From NCBI GenBank assembly GCA_027068455.1, contig JAMOSN010000024.1:1-61993 (forward strand): DNA of 61,993 nucleotides, written 5' to 3'. The position numbers and the translations under genes are program-made. Under the pieces are notes generated by a model. It was not told where the DNA came from. It did not search any database and was given only the letters and a program-made list of their open reading frames with translations. Position 1 is the first letter of the stretch, and every line of letters starts with the position of its first letter. Source of the stretch: Sulfurimonas sp. GTDB taxonomy: Bacteria; Campylobacterota; Campylobacteria; Campylobacterales; Sulfurimonadaceae. Below, in pieces: positions 32,819-43,600 of this stretch.

Positions 32819-34232
32819 GAAAGCGAATGATATAGAAAATAAAAGCAGAGAGTAAAGCCGTTGCAGGTACTGTAATGATCCATGCTGCTATAATCTTTTT
32901 AATAAAACCTCTTTCTACATAATGTGTCTTTTCTTCGTTACTATCCGCTTGTAAATATTCTCGTAAAAAACCAACTCCAAAAACACCACCTATAGCAATA
33001 TGTGTAGAACTTACTGGAAGTCCTAGTTGAGAAGCTATAATAACAGTAATGGAAGCTGCCATTGCAATGGAAAATGCTCTCATTTGATCAAGTTCAGTTA
33101 TTTCACTTCCTACTGTTCGAATAAGTTTTGGACCATAGAGTGCTAAACCAAGAGCGATGCCAAGTGCCCCAATTCCCATTACCCATAAAGGAATAGAAGC
33201 TTTTGTTCCTATATTTCCATGAAGCAGAGCATCATTAATTGCAGCCAAGGGACCAACAGCATTTGCTACATCATTAGCACCATGTGCAAAACTAAGAAGT
33301 GCTGCTGCGAAAATCAGCGGAATGGTAAAAAGTTTATTGAGTGATTCTCGATTGTTTTTCAAAACATGTTTCGGTGATGCAAGTTTTCTTTTCATAAGAA
33401 AGTAAACAATAAAGGCTACAAACAGCCCTAGGAGCAAAGCAGTTGCAAATGATGGTTTTTTTGTAACTTCTAGGGTAATAAATGGTAAAGAGTTTAAGAG
33501 TTCAACTATTTGAGGCCATATTTTTTTTAGCCCTTTGAGTGTCAAGTATGTGATAAAGGCCCATGACATTAAAGCCACATAGATTGGAACAAACTTTTTT
33601 GCAGCTTCTATTTTATCTTCTTGAAATACAATTGTCTGCTTAATTGAATAAAGAAAAATAGCAGCGATAAGAGCACCTAAAAGTGGAGATATAATCCAAG
33701 AAGCAGCAATTTTAGCCATTGTACTCCAAGAGACTATTGCAAAGCCTGCTGCTGCAATTCCAGCACCCATAACACCACCCACTATAGAGTGTGTTGTAGA
33801 AACAGGTGCTTTAAGAGTTGTCGCTATATGAAGCCACAGTGCAGCAGATAATAAGGCTGCCATCATTGCCCATATGAAAGGATCAGTGTTCCCACCAAAT
33901 GCAGATATATCTATAATACCTTTCTTAATGGTTTTAACAACCTCCCCACCAGCTATCAATGCTCCACTCGCTTCAAAAATAGCTGCTACAATGACGGCAG
34001 TAGTCATCGTAAGTGCTTGTGAACCTACAGCAGGACCAACATTATTAGCAACATCATTTGCTCCAATATTTATAGCCATATATGCCCCAATAAACGCAGA
34101 CAATGCAAGAAAAAAACTATGGTTTACGGTATGGTTAAAAAAAAGGGAAAAAAAGAATACTACCAAAAGAAACAGTAAAGTAAAGTTGAGTCGCCAGTTG
34201 AAAAAACTGGTAATATAAGTAGTTGAGCCCAT
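32808..34232 (-). CDS. Inorganic phosphate transporter (PiT family)
   Basis: Two GANDVAN motifs; PVSTTH and PVSSTH. Confidence 0.95.
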   Translation of the reverse strand: MGSTTYITSFFNWRLNFTLLFLLVVFFFSLFFNHTVNHSFFLALSAFIGAYMAINIGANDVANNVGPAVGSQALTMTTAVIVAAIFEASGALIAGGEVVKTIKKGIIDISAFGGNTDPFIWAMMAALLSAALWLHIATTLKAPVSTTHSIVGGVMGAGIAAAGFAIVSWSTMAKIAASWIISPLLGALIAAIFLYSIKQTIVFQEDKIEAAKKFVPIYVALMSWAFITYLTLKGLKKIWPQIVELLNSLPFITLEVTKKPSFATALLLGLFVAFIVYFLMKRKLASPKHVLKNNRESLNKLFTIPLIFAAALLSFAHGANDVANAVGPLAAINDALLHGNIGTKASIPLWVMGIGALGIALGLALYGPKLIRTVGSEITELDQMRAFSIAMAASITVIIASQLGLPVSSTHIAIGGVFGVGFLREYLQADSNEEKTHYVERGFIKKIIAAWIITVPATALLSAFIFYIIRFLIN

Positions 34233-34786
34233 TATTGTTTATTTTTTACAATATATGCTTTGACAATTTCTTGTCTCTCTAAAGGTCTATCCCCTCCATA
34301 TCTTCCTGTAGTTGCAACATCATTAAGTTTTTTTAGTGTTTGCATAGATTTTTTATCTACAACTTTTCCAAAGATTGTGTGACGACCATTGAGCCATGGA
34401 GTTGGCGCAGTAGTAATGAAAAACTGACTTCCATTGGTATTTGGACCACGATTTGCCATTGCTAAAATACCTGCTTTATCAAAGACTACATTTGGCTTAA
34501 ATTCATCTTGAAAATCTTTATGCCAAATACTCTCTCCTCCTCGTCCCGTTTCTGTAGGATCACCAGCCTGGATCATAAAATTCTTAATAATTCGATGGAA
34601 TGCATTATGATTATAATAACCATTTTGAACATGTGTTATAAAATTTTCTACTGCTTTTGGTGCTATATCTGGAAAAAGTTCCAATTTTATTTTACCTTGT
34701 GTTGTCTTTAAAACTACATGAGGGTTTTCCCCTGCTATAAGTTGTATATTTAAAAGCAATATAAACGCTAACAATATTTTTTTCAT
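34232..34786 (-). CDS. Periplasmic cyclophilin-type peptidyl-prolyl isomerase
   Basis: Signal peptide from MKKILL; FHRII..FMIQ.GD, NGSQFFIT. Confidence 0.93.
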   Translation of the reverse strand: MKKILLAFILLLNIQLIAGENPHVVLKTTQGKIKLELFPDIAPKAVENFITHVQNGYYNHNAFHRIIKNFMIQAGDPTETGRGGESIWHKDFQDEFKPNVVFDKAGILAMANRGPNTNGSQFFITTAPTPWLNGRHTIFGKVVDKKSMQTLKKLNDVATTGRYGGDRPLERQEIVKAYIVKNKQ

Positions 34787-34790
34787 AAAA

Positions 34791-35177
34791 TTAATCCTCC
34801 TCTTCAAGTTTTAAACATACTGAGTTAATACAATATCTCATCCCTGTTGGTTTTGGACCATCAGGGAATAGATGTCCTAAATGCGCGTCACATGTTGCAC
34901 AACGAACTTCGGTACGAACCATACCAAAACTAGTATCTTGAATCTCTATAACTGCATCCTTTATCGCTTCATAGTAGCTAGGCCATCCAGTTCCAGAGTC
35001 AAATTTTGTTGATGATTCAAAAAGTGGTGCATCACAACATACACATTTGTAAATACCTTCATCTTTACAATTATAATATTTTCCAGAAAACGGAGCTTCT
35101 GTACCATGTTGACGACACACATAAAACTCTTCAGGTGTGAGCAGTTCTTTCCACTCATTTTCAGTTTTTGTTATCAA
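34791..35177 (-). CDS. msrB: Peptide-methionine (R)-S-oxide reductase
   Basis: [29 protein letters not shown]. Confidence 0.96.
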   Translation of the reverse strand: MITKTENEWKELLTPEEFYVCRQHGTEAPFSGKYYNCKDEGIYKCVCCDAPLFESSTKFDSGTGWPSYYEAIKDAVIEIQDTSFGMVRTEVRCATCDAHLGHLFPDGPKPTGMRYCINSVCLKLEEED

Positions 35178-36663
35178 GTTTATCCTTCAATGATTTAATT
35201 TCAAAACAATCCTCTTCATAAAGGATATCTGTATAATCTGTTGCAAGATTTAATGCATCCTCAAGTAGATGAGAATTATTAAAACATAAATCTATTATAA
35301 CAGAGTATTTTGCCTGTATATCAACAATATCATTAAAAGTTGCTAATTTAATATTGTCCAAATTCTGATTGATAAGGTTTTTATCTCCATCTATCAAGCT
35401 GATTGGACAGGGTATAAAAGAGGTAAGATCATCATGCAGTTTCTCCTTTGACAAAGAGTTGCTAATAACTATTATCTCTTTAGAATCATACTTCTTGCAT
35501 GCTGATGCAATGAGATGAAGAACTTTCGCATGAGGGGTTGTTAAATGAAATCGAACTTCTTTTTTAGGGTTTTGATAGTTGTTTTCTAATGTATAACTAA
35601 TTGGTAAATCTTCATTATTGACAACAAGCAGTGTTTTATCTTTTTGAATATGTTGAAGATAGCGTATGAAAAAATCTGATAAAAGATATGAATCATCACA
35701 CATAATAATATCAGCAACATCAAAACTTTTTTTCATAAGTTTTTTGTCTATATATAAGATATCATCAAGTTGTTTTAATTTTAGTTTGTGGAGATGTTTA
35801 TTTACAAGTTCTATAGGTGTGACTATCTCAATTGAGTTAAGATTAATCTCTATAATTGCGTGTTCTATAATATTTAAAAATTTTTGTTGTAGTATATCTT
35901 TTGAGAGTATGGTAGGTTTAAGAATAATAACTTTTTTATCTGGGTTATTTAAAACCTCTGTAATAGCTTTTAATAGTAAAAGATTTGTTTTTCCACTCTT
36001 ATGTTTGCCTGTTAGGTTAAATGTATATTGCAACTCTTGATCCAAGAACTCACGTTGTTCTAAAGAACAAAAATGTAAAGCATCATTATCAATAATGGTG
36101 TATTGTATAAGTAAATTACCTAAAACAGTATTGGTATCAGGAAGGTTTGGATCTTCTTTGGCAATACTTTGCAGTTTTTTAAAAATATCAGCTTTTTGCA
36201 TATCTTTAAATATGATGCTATCTTCTGGCAAATATTCTTTTATACTTTTATCTAATCTATTATATTCTTCATAAGTAAGATTTTCTAAAAGTAAACAGTT
36301 GTATAAAGAAACACCGTCATTATGGATAAGCTCATTGAATTTTTGTTTAATAATATTTTGCAAAAAGTTGTAAGAAAGAGAGTTTTGAGATGGTTTACTC
36401 TGCTCTTCTCTTTCAATTTTAGCGTTTTGAAGTTCATTAAAACTCCATTGTTTTTTTTCAAAAATATACAATCCCCTTGTTTTGTCAAAAATAATTAAAG
36501 GAACTCTATATTTGTGAGTATGATGATAGATGGTGACTTCATCAAATACAAACAAATCACTGTATTTTGATAATGATTTTACATTTTTTAAAAGTTCAGA
36601 TTCCTCTTTATTCTTTGAGGGAACTTTGTTTTTTGTAAAGAAAGATTTTATTGAAAAATTCAT
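35161..36663 (-). CDS. Hypothetical protein with NERD-like N-terminus and degenerate P-loop helicase-like domain
   Basis: RGLYIFEKK (NERD-like), SLEQ...GKHKSGKT Walker A, IIMCDD Walker B-like. Confidence 0.6.
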   Translation of the reverse strand: MNFSIKSFFTKNKVPSKNKEESELLKNVKSLSKYSDLFVFDEVTIYHHTHKYRVPLIIFDKTRGLYIFEKKQWSFNELQNAKIEREEQSKPSQNSLSYNFLQNIIKQKFNELIHNDGVSLYNCLLLENLTYEEYNRLDKSIKEYLPEDSIIFKDMQKADIFKKLQSIAKEDPNLPDTNTVLGNLLIQYTIIDNDALHFCSLEQREFLDQELQYTFNLTGKHKSGKTNLLLLKAITEVLNNPDKKVIILKPTILSKDILQQKFLNIIEHAIIEINLNSIEIVTPIELVNKHLHKLKLKQLDDILYIDKKLMKKSFDVADIIMCDDSYLLSDFFIRYLQHIQKDKTLLVVNNEDLPISYTLENNYQNPKKEVRFHLTTPHAKVLHLIASACKKYDSKEIIVISNSLSKEKLHDDLTSFIPCPISLIDGDKNLINQNLDNIKLATFNDIVDIQAKYSVIIDLCFNNSHLLEDALNLATDYTDILYEEDCFEIKSLKDKLDNKN

Positions 36664-36678
36664 GTGAGAAAAGGAAGA

Positions 36679-36700
36679 GTGTCATCTAAAAAGATGACAC
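36679..36700 (-). terminator. Rho-independent terminator after HU gene
   Basis: Perfect 9-bp stem GTGTCATCT/AGATGACAC followed on the minus strand by TCTTCCTTTTCT. Confidence 0.7.
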
Positions 36701-36706
36701 ATACAA

Positions 36707-36991
36707 TTATTTACCAGCTGCAACACGGTCTTTTAGACCTTTGCCAGCTTTAAATTTAGGAACCATTTTATCTTGAGTAGTGTATGTCTTATCAGTACCA
36801 GGAACTTTTCCACTTTTTCCTTTTTGAAGAGCAGAGTTAAAGCTACCAAAACCTACTAAAGAAACATCTTCTTTTTGTACTAATGCTTCTGTTACAGCCT
36901 CTGTAAATGCTTTAATAGCTGCTTCAGCTTCTACCTTAGTTTTATAATTACCATGTTTTTGTACTAATTCGACGAATTGCGCTTTGTTCAT
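36707..36991 (-). CDS. hup: HU family histone-like DNA-binding protein
   Basis: MNKAQFV, VSLVGFGSF, PKFKAGKGLKD. Confidence 0.95.
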   Translation of the reverse strand: MNKAQFVELVQKHGNYKTKVEAEAAIKAFTEAVTEALVQKEDVSLVGFGSFNSALQKGKSGKVPGTDKTYTTQDKMVPKFKAGKGLKDRVAAGK

Positions 36992-37074
36992 AAATGTACC
37001 CTTGGATTAGATTTTTTCCGAATTTTTATGCCTACCCACGACATGAAATAATTCAGCTAAAGATACTTTATAGT

Positions 37075-37311
37075 TTATTTGCTTAAATTTTTCTTCTTTT
37101 GAGCTGTTTTGAGTGAATATTGTGATAATTTTGTTTCTTTTAGTCCCTTATTTACGACTTTAAGTTGGTTTTTGAAATTGAATTTCCTTATATAAAGAAA
37201 TAACAAGTTTAGAAGTTCTTTTATTTTTTTTGATTTATCACTTGAAGTCTGTATTGATAAAAAGACATCTTCTAAAGCATCTCTCTCTTTTTTTGTTAAT
37301 GTTCCCATCAT
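37075..37311 (-). CDS. Small basic hypothetical protein
   Basis: 78 aa ORF with 4-nt overlap with the upstream HTH gene. Confidence 0.55.
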   Translation of the reverse strand: MMGTLTKKERDALEDVFLSIQTSSDKSKKIKELLNLLFLYIRKFNFKNQLKVVNKGLKETKLSQYSLKTAQKKKNLSK

Positions 37312-37550
37312 TTGTCCTCTAGTTTGTTGATTTTTCGAACAGCTCTGATTATTTCATCGTCATCTAATTTTCCTAACATTTTGATCACAGCGATAGCGGC
37401 TTGAGGTTTAGTACGTCCCAATTTCCAGTCTTGATATGTACGCATAGATAACCCTAGTGATTGCGCCATATCTTTGAGAGATATCTTTTTACCATTATTC
37501 TGAGATTCTACAGCATTATGTAGGATATTAAACAAGTCATTAATTTGCAT
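37308..37550 (-). CDS. XRE-like helix-turn-helix protein
   Basis: ISLKDMAQSLGLSMRTYQDWKLGRTKP. Confidence 0.8.
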   Translation of the reverse strand: MQINDLFNILHNAVESQNNGKKISLKDMAQSLGLSMRTYQDWKLGRTKPQAAIAVIKMLGKLDDDEIIRAVRKINKLEDK

Positions 37551-37824
37551 AGCGAGAATTGTACTGAATAAATACTTAAATATACATTTTAATCATTATT
37601 ATACACAAATTAATGTGTTTATTATATATTATATTGTTCTAAATATAATCTAATTAATATTTAATATAGTTTAAAATGTATTTAATATGCGTTATTTCGT
37701 ATAATATAGTGATGATTAGAGTAACTTGTAGGGATACATATGCTATGTTTAAAGGTTGCAATGAAGTTGAATATCTATGTTTTTTAATATGTGTTAGAAA
37801 GAGGGTATAAAGACTTGCTAAGAA

Positions 37825-38496
37825 TTAATATTCTAGCAAATCAGTGTAGTCGTATTTTGTGAAGTTTAAATAAAGCTTACCGTTTTGTTTTAAAACTCTT
37901 ATGTCGCTTCCGTAGGCAGCTAGAAATCTTTTCTTAATCACTTTTTTCTGATAGGTTTCTAGGTCTAATGTTTTGAGATACTCTTTGAGCTCTACTATCT
38001 CTTCTTTTGCAGGTTCATCTTTGAGTTTTTTGGTTTCAACTGTTTGTACCTCATGTATAGTAGGTGTTTGTTGGTGTTGTTCTTGAAGAAGTTTTGCATT
38101 AACGAGTTCTATAATAGACTTCAACTGCTCATCTTTGGTTGTATAAACTTTTTCTATTTTTTGCATCTCATCTCGAAGCATTTGTTCTTTATCATCTATG
38201 AGTTTATCAATCTTGGCCTCAAGTTGAACAATTTTTTCTTTGAGTTGTTGATTTTCTTTTTGATAGAGTGCTAGAACCATTGCAACAGTTGTTTTTGGTT
38301 TAGATGGAGATGGAGGCTTGATATTTTGAACATTTGGTGTATTCTCTTCTTGTATAGTGATAAGTTCTTTGGGAATAACTATGTATAAAATACCATTTTC
38401 TGTGATTGTGTTTAACTTTTTATTTTTTATTTTTGAATAAATCATCTCTTTGGACATTTTAAAACGTTTAGAATATTCATCAATTGTAAGTCTCAT
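37825..38496 (-). CDS. Hypothetical protein: N-terminal HTH-like segment plus coiled coil
   Basis: LTIDEYSKRFKMSKEMIYSKIK (excisionase/MerR-like HTH), Pro linker, heptad coiled coil. Confidence 0.7.
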   Translation of the reverse strand: MRLTIDEYSKRFKMSKEMIYSKIKNKKLNTITENGILYIVIPKELITIQEENTPNVQNIKPPSPSKPKTTVAMVLALYQKENQQLKEKIVQLEAKIDKLIDDKEQMLRDEMQKIEKVYTTKDEQLKSIIELVNAKLLQEQHQQTPTIHEVQTVETKKLKDEPAKEEIVELKEYLKTLDLETYQKKVIKKRFLAAYGSDIRVLKQNGKLYLNFTKYDYTDLLEY

Positions 38497-38506
38497 AGCC
38501 TCCCTT

Positions 38507-39142
38507 TTAAAAAGTGATTTTTGGTGGGATAATTATACCCGATTTTCGAAGCCATATAAGGTATCCTTGTTTTTTGCTTCCATGTTTGTCATAAAATTCA
38601 TAAGCGCTTGAGTGTTTGAGCTCCATATGTAATAACAGCTTTTCAAAATCTTTATATCTTTCTAAAAATTTGCTAAATTGTTCATAGGCTATATCAGATA
38701 CCATCACAGTAGAGATAGCGTAGTTCTTGTATTCCAAATATCTTGCACAGTCATTGAGTCCGTCACCAATGAAGTTTGTATTACCCAAGATATCTTTAAA
38801 ATTATGTATATAGCCTGTGTGAACAGCAATTCTAATACCATTGAAATAGGTATATTTTTTAGATATTTGTTCAGAAAAATGGTTAAAGCTCAATGCCAAA
38901 ATGGTACCATAGCCTTTAAATTTTGGATTGAGAATACAATAAAACCCATCTCCCGTTGAAACAAATCCCTCTATAAGTTTAGGTAAACTCATACGAGAAC
39001 TCACCAACATTTTTTCGATAACCCGCTTGAAGCTTCTTGTTAAAAAAGTAACGATTTCAAGCTGTTCATCAAGATGTAGTTTTGAGAAATTGATAATATC
39101 AATAAGAATGATATCAGTGTATATAGCTTGTTTTTTTTTCAT
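38507..39142 (-). CDS. Stand-alone class III nucleotide cyclase-like protein
   Basis: IDIINFS, STGDG, IRIAVHTG, GDGLNDCAR motifs. Confidence 0.7.
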   Translation of the reverse strand: MKKKQAIYTDIILIDIINFSKLHLDEQLEIVTFLTRSFKRVIEKMLVSSRMSLPKLIEGFVSTGDGFYCILNPKFKGYGTILALSFNHFSEQISKKYTYFNGIRIAVHTGYIHNFKDILGNTNFIGDGLNDCARYLEYKNYAISTVMVSDIAYEQFSKFLERYKDFEKLLLHMELKHSSAYEFYDKHGSKKQGYLIWLRKSGIIIPPKITF

Positions 39143-39245
39143 AGTCCACTTTCTGTGTTATACCTTAGAATAACAATTCTATCATAAAGTTGTTTTAAAT
39201 GAAGTATATATTATAATTTGAAAATTAAATTTTTTAGGAAGAGTA

Positions 39246-40325
39246 ATGAGTAAAGGTATCTTAGATATTGTTAAACCTGGTGTTTTATTTGGTGAAGATG
39301 TTTTAAAAGTTTATAATCATGCAAAAGAGCAAGGCTTTGCAATTCCCGCAGTGAATGTAGTTAATACTGAGTCTATCAATGGTGTATTAGAAGCTGCTAA
39401 AAAAGCCAACTCTCCTGTTATTATCCAGTTTAGTAATGGTGGTGCACAGTTTTATGCTGGCAAGGGTTTAAGCAATGAGAATGAACGTGCTGCAATTTTA
39501 GGAGCTGTAAGTGGCGCTATTCATACGCATATGATGGCAGAAGCGTATGGTGTTCCTGTAATACTACACACTGATCATGCTGCTAAAAAGCTACTTCCTT
39601 GGATTAATGCTCTTTTAGAAGCTGGTGAAAACTATTATAAAACTCAGGGAAAACCACTTTTTTCTTCTCATATGTTAGATCTTTCAGAAGAGACTTTGGA
39701 GTTTAATATAGGTACATCAAAAGCTTATTTGGAACGTATGGCTAAAATTGGTATGCATATTGAGATCGAACTTGGTGTTACAGGTGGCGAGGAAGATGGT
39801 GTTGATAATACAAATATTGACAATGCTCTTTTATACACACAACCCCAAGAGGTGGCTCTTGCATATAAAGAGCTCAGTGCGGTCTCTCCAAACTTTACTA
39901 TTGCTGCATCATTTGGTAATGTTCATGGTGTATATAAACCTGGAAATGTTCAACTTACACCAAAAATTTTAGACAACTCTCAAAAATATATTCAAGAAAA
40001 ATTTAATACAGGAGAAAAACCTGTAAATTTTGTTTTCCATGGTGGTTCTGGTTCACTTCCAGAAGAGATTAGTGAAGCTATCAGTTATGGTGTTATTAAA
40101 ATGAATATCGATACTGATACACAGTGGGCTACTTGGAATGGTGTAAGAAACTATATTGAAAAATATCATGACTACTTACAATCACAAATTGGTAATCCTG
40201 AAGGGGATGATAAACCAAATAAAAAATATTATGATCCTAGAAAATGGTTGCGTGCTGGTCAAGAGGGACTAGTAGCACGTGTTATTCAAGCATTTGAAGA
40301 TCTCAATGCGATGAATAGAAACTAA
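39246..40325 (+). CDS. fbaA: Class II fructose-bisphosphate aldolase
   Basis: HTDHA, GNVHGVY, FHGGSG, KMNIDT. Confidence 0.97.
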   Translation: MSKGILDIVKPGVLFGEDVLKVYNHAKEQGFAIPAVNVVNTESINGVLEAAKKANSPVIIQFSNGGAQFYAGKGLSNENERAAILGAVSGAIHTHMMAEAYGVPVILHTDHAAKKLLPWINALLEAGENYYKTQGKPLFSSHMLDLSEETLEFNIGTSKAYLERMAKIGMHIEIELGVTGGEEDGVDNTNIDNALLYTQPQEVALAYKELSAVSPNFTIAASFGNVHGVYKPGNVQLTPKILDNSQKYIQEKFNTGEKPVNFVFHGGSGSLPEEISEAISYGVIKMNIDTDTQWATWNGVRNYIEKYHDYLQSQIGNPEGDDKPNKKYYDPRKWLRAGQEGLVARVIQAFEDLNAMNRN

Positions 40326-40675
40326 GAATTACTCTTAATCTCTTTGTGGATATCCTCTATAGAACTCAAATGAGGATATTTCACATAGTGTTTGTGTAAG
40401 AGCTGATGGAGTTTATTAAGATTAAATCTCCAATGACGCTCTTTGTCAAACTCTTCATGCTCTACCATCTTTTCATGCAACTCCTTTGCATCAGGTGTAG
40501 TTTCACAAGTTTGTAGAACCTTATGCATATGGTTCACTAAATATTCATGTGCATCTTCTCCAGTATCGTCATCTTCAAGTGTTCTGTTGACTAAAAATGG
40601 ATACATCTTCCATATACTAAAAATCATAGCTATTACAAATGCTATCATCATCCATGTTGAGGTACTTATTTCCAT
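40322..40675 (-). CDS. Hypothetical protein with N-terminal TM
   Basis: 117 aa ORF with AGGA RBS. Confidence 0.7.
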   Translation of the reverse strand: MEISTSTWMMIAFVIAMIFSIWKMYPFLVNRTLEDDDTGEDAHEYLVNHMHKVLQTCETTPDAKELHEKMVEHEEFDKERHWRFNLNKLHQLLHKHYVKYPHLSSIEDIHKEIKSNS

Positions 40676-40693
40676 TTTTATTTTCCTTTTGTT

Positions 40694-43600
40694 TTAAGGC
40701 CAAAGAGGCTCAATATTATTATCTCCTGCATTGAGGAAGAAGTCAGTATGATCAGTCACTTTTGAAACATTCCAGCCACTAAGATCGTGTCCAGAAAATG
40801 CACTAGCCCCATAAAACATTCTATACATATCAGTTACATTGGATGTATTCCACAATGTTATATCTTGATCAAATGCTTTTGCATTATAAAACATACTATT
40901 CATTGTTGTGACATTTTCAGTATTCCAGTATTTAATATATTGATTAAATACTGTAGCATCTTTAAACATAAGTGCCATATCAGTGACTTTACCTGTATCC
41001 CAGTTACCGATATCTTGATTGAAAGCTGCTGCGTTATAAAACATACTATTCATATTTGTTACTTTGGAAGTTATCCAGTTGCCGATATCTTGATTAAATG
41101 CGGTTGCATCTTTAAACATTGATGTCATATTTTCAACATTGGATGTATCCCAGCTACTAATATCTTGGTTAAATGCTTTTGCATTATAAAACATGCTACT
41201 AAACTTGGTTACTTTCGATGTGTCCCAATTGTTAAGTGTACCATTAAACCTGATTGCATTTTTGAACATATAACTTATATCAGTTACATTAGAGATATCC
41301 CATTGTGCAAGATTTTGGTTAAAAGCTGCTGCATTATAAAACATATATTTCATGGTAGTAACTTTTGCAGTATCCCAGTTACCAATATCTTGATTAAAAT
41401 GGTGTGCATCTTTAAACATAGCGTTCATATCAGTAACATGTGTAGTATTCCAGTTGCCAATACCTCGATTAAATGCTTCTGCCCAGTAAAACATTCCAGA
41501 CATATTTCTGACATTGCCTGTGTTCCATGTTCCTATATATTGATTAAAATGTGTTGCATATTTAAACATACTGCCCATATGTGTCACTGAAGATGTATTC
41601 CATTTATCAAGTGGTTGATTAAAATTTGTTGCACTATAGAACATACTTGACATATCAGTTACATTAGTGGTGTTCCAGTCATTGATATCTTGGTTAAAAA
41701 GGGGGGCGCTTTTAAACATACCACTCATATCAGTAACATTATGTGTATCCCATTGCCCTATATCTTGATTAAAGACAGCTGCACCATAAAACATATCATT
41801 CATATCTGTGACATTGGAAGTGTTCCAGTTTGAGATATCTTGATTGAAAAGAGCAGTGTTTTTAAACATAAGCGACATATTCGTTACTTGAGATGTATCC
41901 CATTTACTGATATCTTGGTTAAATGCCAAAGCACCATAAAACATACTAGACATATCGGTAACATTAGAGGTGTTCCAATCACTTATATCTTGATTAAATG
42001 AAGCAGTAGATTTAAACATACTAGATATATCAGTAACATTGGATACATCCCATTGCCCTATGTCTTGGTTAAATGCCAAAGCTCCATAGAACATACCTCT
42101 CATTGTTGTAATGGTACTTGTATCCCAATGACTGATATCTTGGTTAAAAGAACTCGCATCAGTGAACATATAATACATCGAAGTAGCTGTCGATAAATTT
42201 GGAGAATCGGTAGCTGCTCCTCCTGCATTATTGAGATTTTTGCATCCATAAAAAGCACCTTGCATTGAGCTCCATTGTCCTGCACCCCATTGGTTGATAC
42301 CTGTAATTTTTTCTTTATCCCCTTCATTGTTAAAATATATTCTTGGAAAGCCTGTATATTTTCCAGAATTATCTTTAATAACAACTTTATATTCACCAGC
42401 ACTGGTATAGTTACAGGTATAGTTGCCATCAACTGCTGTTGCTTCGTCTACACCATCATTATCGCAGTCGATATTGTAATTGTATATTTCACCGAATTTT
42501 GTGGGAACTATGAACTGTGTATCTGATGAGGTACCGTTGTTGTCAGTCTGTACAGTTATAATAAAACTTTCTAAAAGGATATCTGTAACAGTAATATGAA
42601 AGGTTTTAGAAACATTATGCTCTCCATCTGTAAGTGTGATTTGCACCACATAGATATTATTTGTATCACTGTCTAATGGTTGATTGTAATTTGGAGCGGT
42701 GATAAACTCTAAAATATTATTGTTAATTGTAAAAAGATCTTTATCATCTCCACCAGTGAGTGACCAACTCAAAGAATCACCATCTAAATCAATCCCTTGT
42801 AGTGCTGTTACTTTCGTATGTGCTTCAGATATTGATTGATCTGCTGTTACAATGGTTGGCGTTATATCATTAATATTGAGTACATAAATTGTAAAGTTTT
42901 GTGTATGATAGTGTGTGCCATCAGTAACATTGATATCGACCATATATGTATTGTTTGTATCACTGTCTGTTGGATGTTCATAATCATGAGCACTAAGAAA
43001 GGAGAGCTCACCAGTACTGCTGTTAAGGGAAAACATATCTTTGTCATCCCCTCCAACAATACTCCATGTAAGAGAATCCCCCTCTAGGTCTCTGGCCTGT
43101 AGTGTGGTAATAGATGTCATATTTTCTAAGACAGTAAGATTTTCTTCAGATGTTATCACTAGGTTTGGTAATGCTGTTGTACCTTGATGAATATTAGTAA
43201 GTAAGGTGTCAAGTTGCGTGTTATAAGTGGTATTGAGCATAGGTTTGTATGATGGAACTGTATAAACCAATACATCTCTTACATTTATTTTTCCGTTATT
43301 ATCTATATCATAAACTATAGATTGTGCTGTTGTATCAAGTAAAGACTCAAAAGTGGTTGCATTAAAGTCGTGTGTAATATTTCTCTCCACAAGTTCGTAA
43401 AGAATTTCACTCGCCAATGTGACCTTAAGATTGCTTCCAACATATTTGATATCATTTTGATTAGCGACAGCGCGTATTTTACCGTTGTTTAGAGTATAGT
43501 TCTCATCTAAAATACCGTCATCATCAAAATCCCAATCCTCCCCGCCAACCACTTCGTATATATAAAAACGATTGAGTTCTAGTTCATTGATATGACTGTT

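Noticed and set aside
41701-41706. Poly-G run in the surface lipoprotein, possible phase variation
   Set aside because: Only G6, shorter than typical Campylobacter contingency tracts, and the frame is intact
40760-42190. 75-nt periodic repeats as a CRISPR array or DGR template
   Set aside because: They are degenerate in-frame coding repeats; no reverse transcriptase or cas gene in the window
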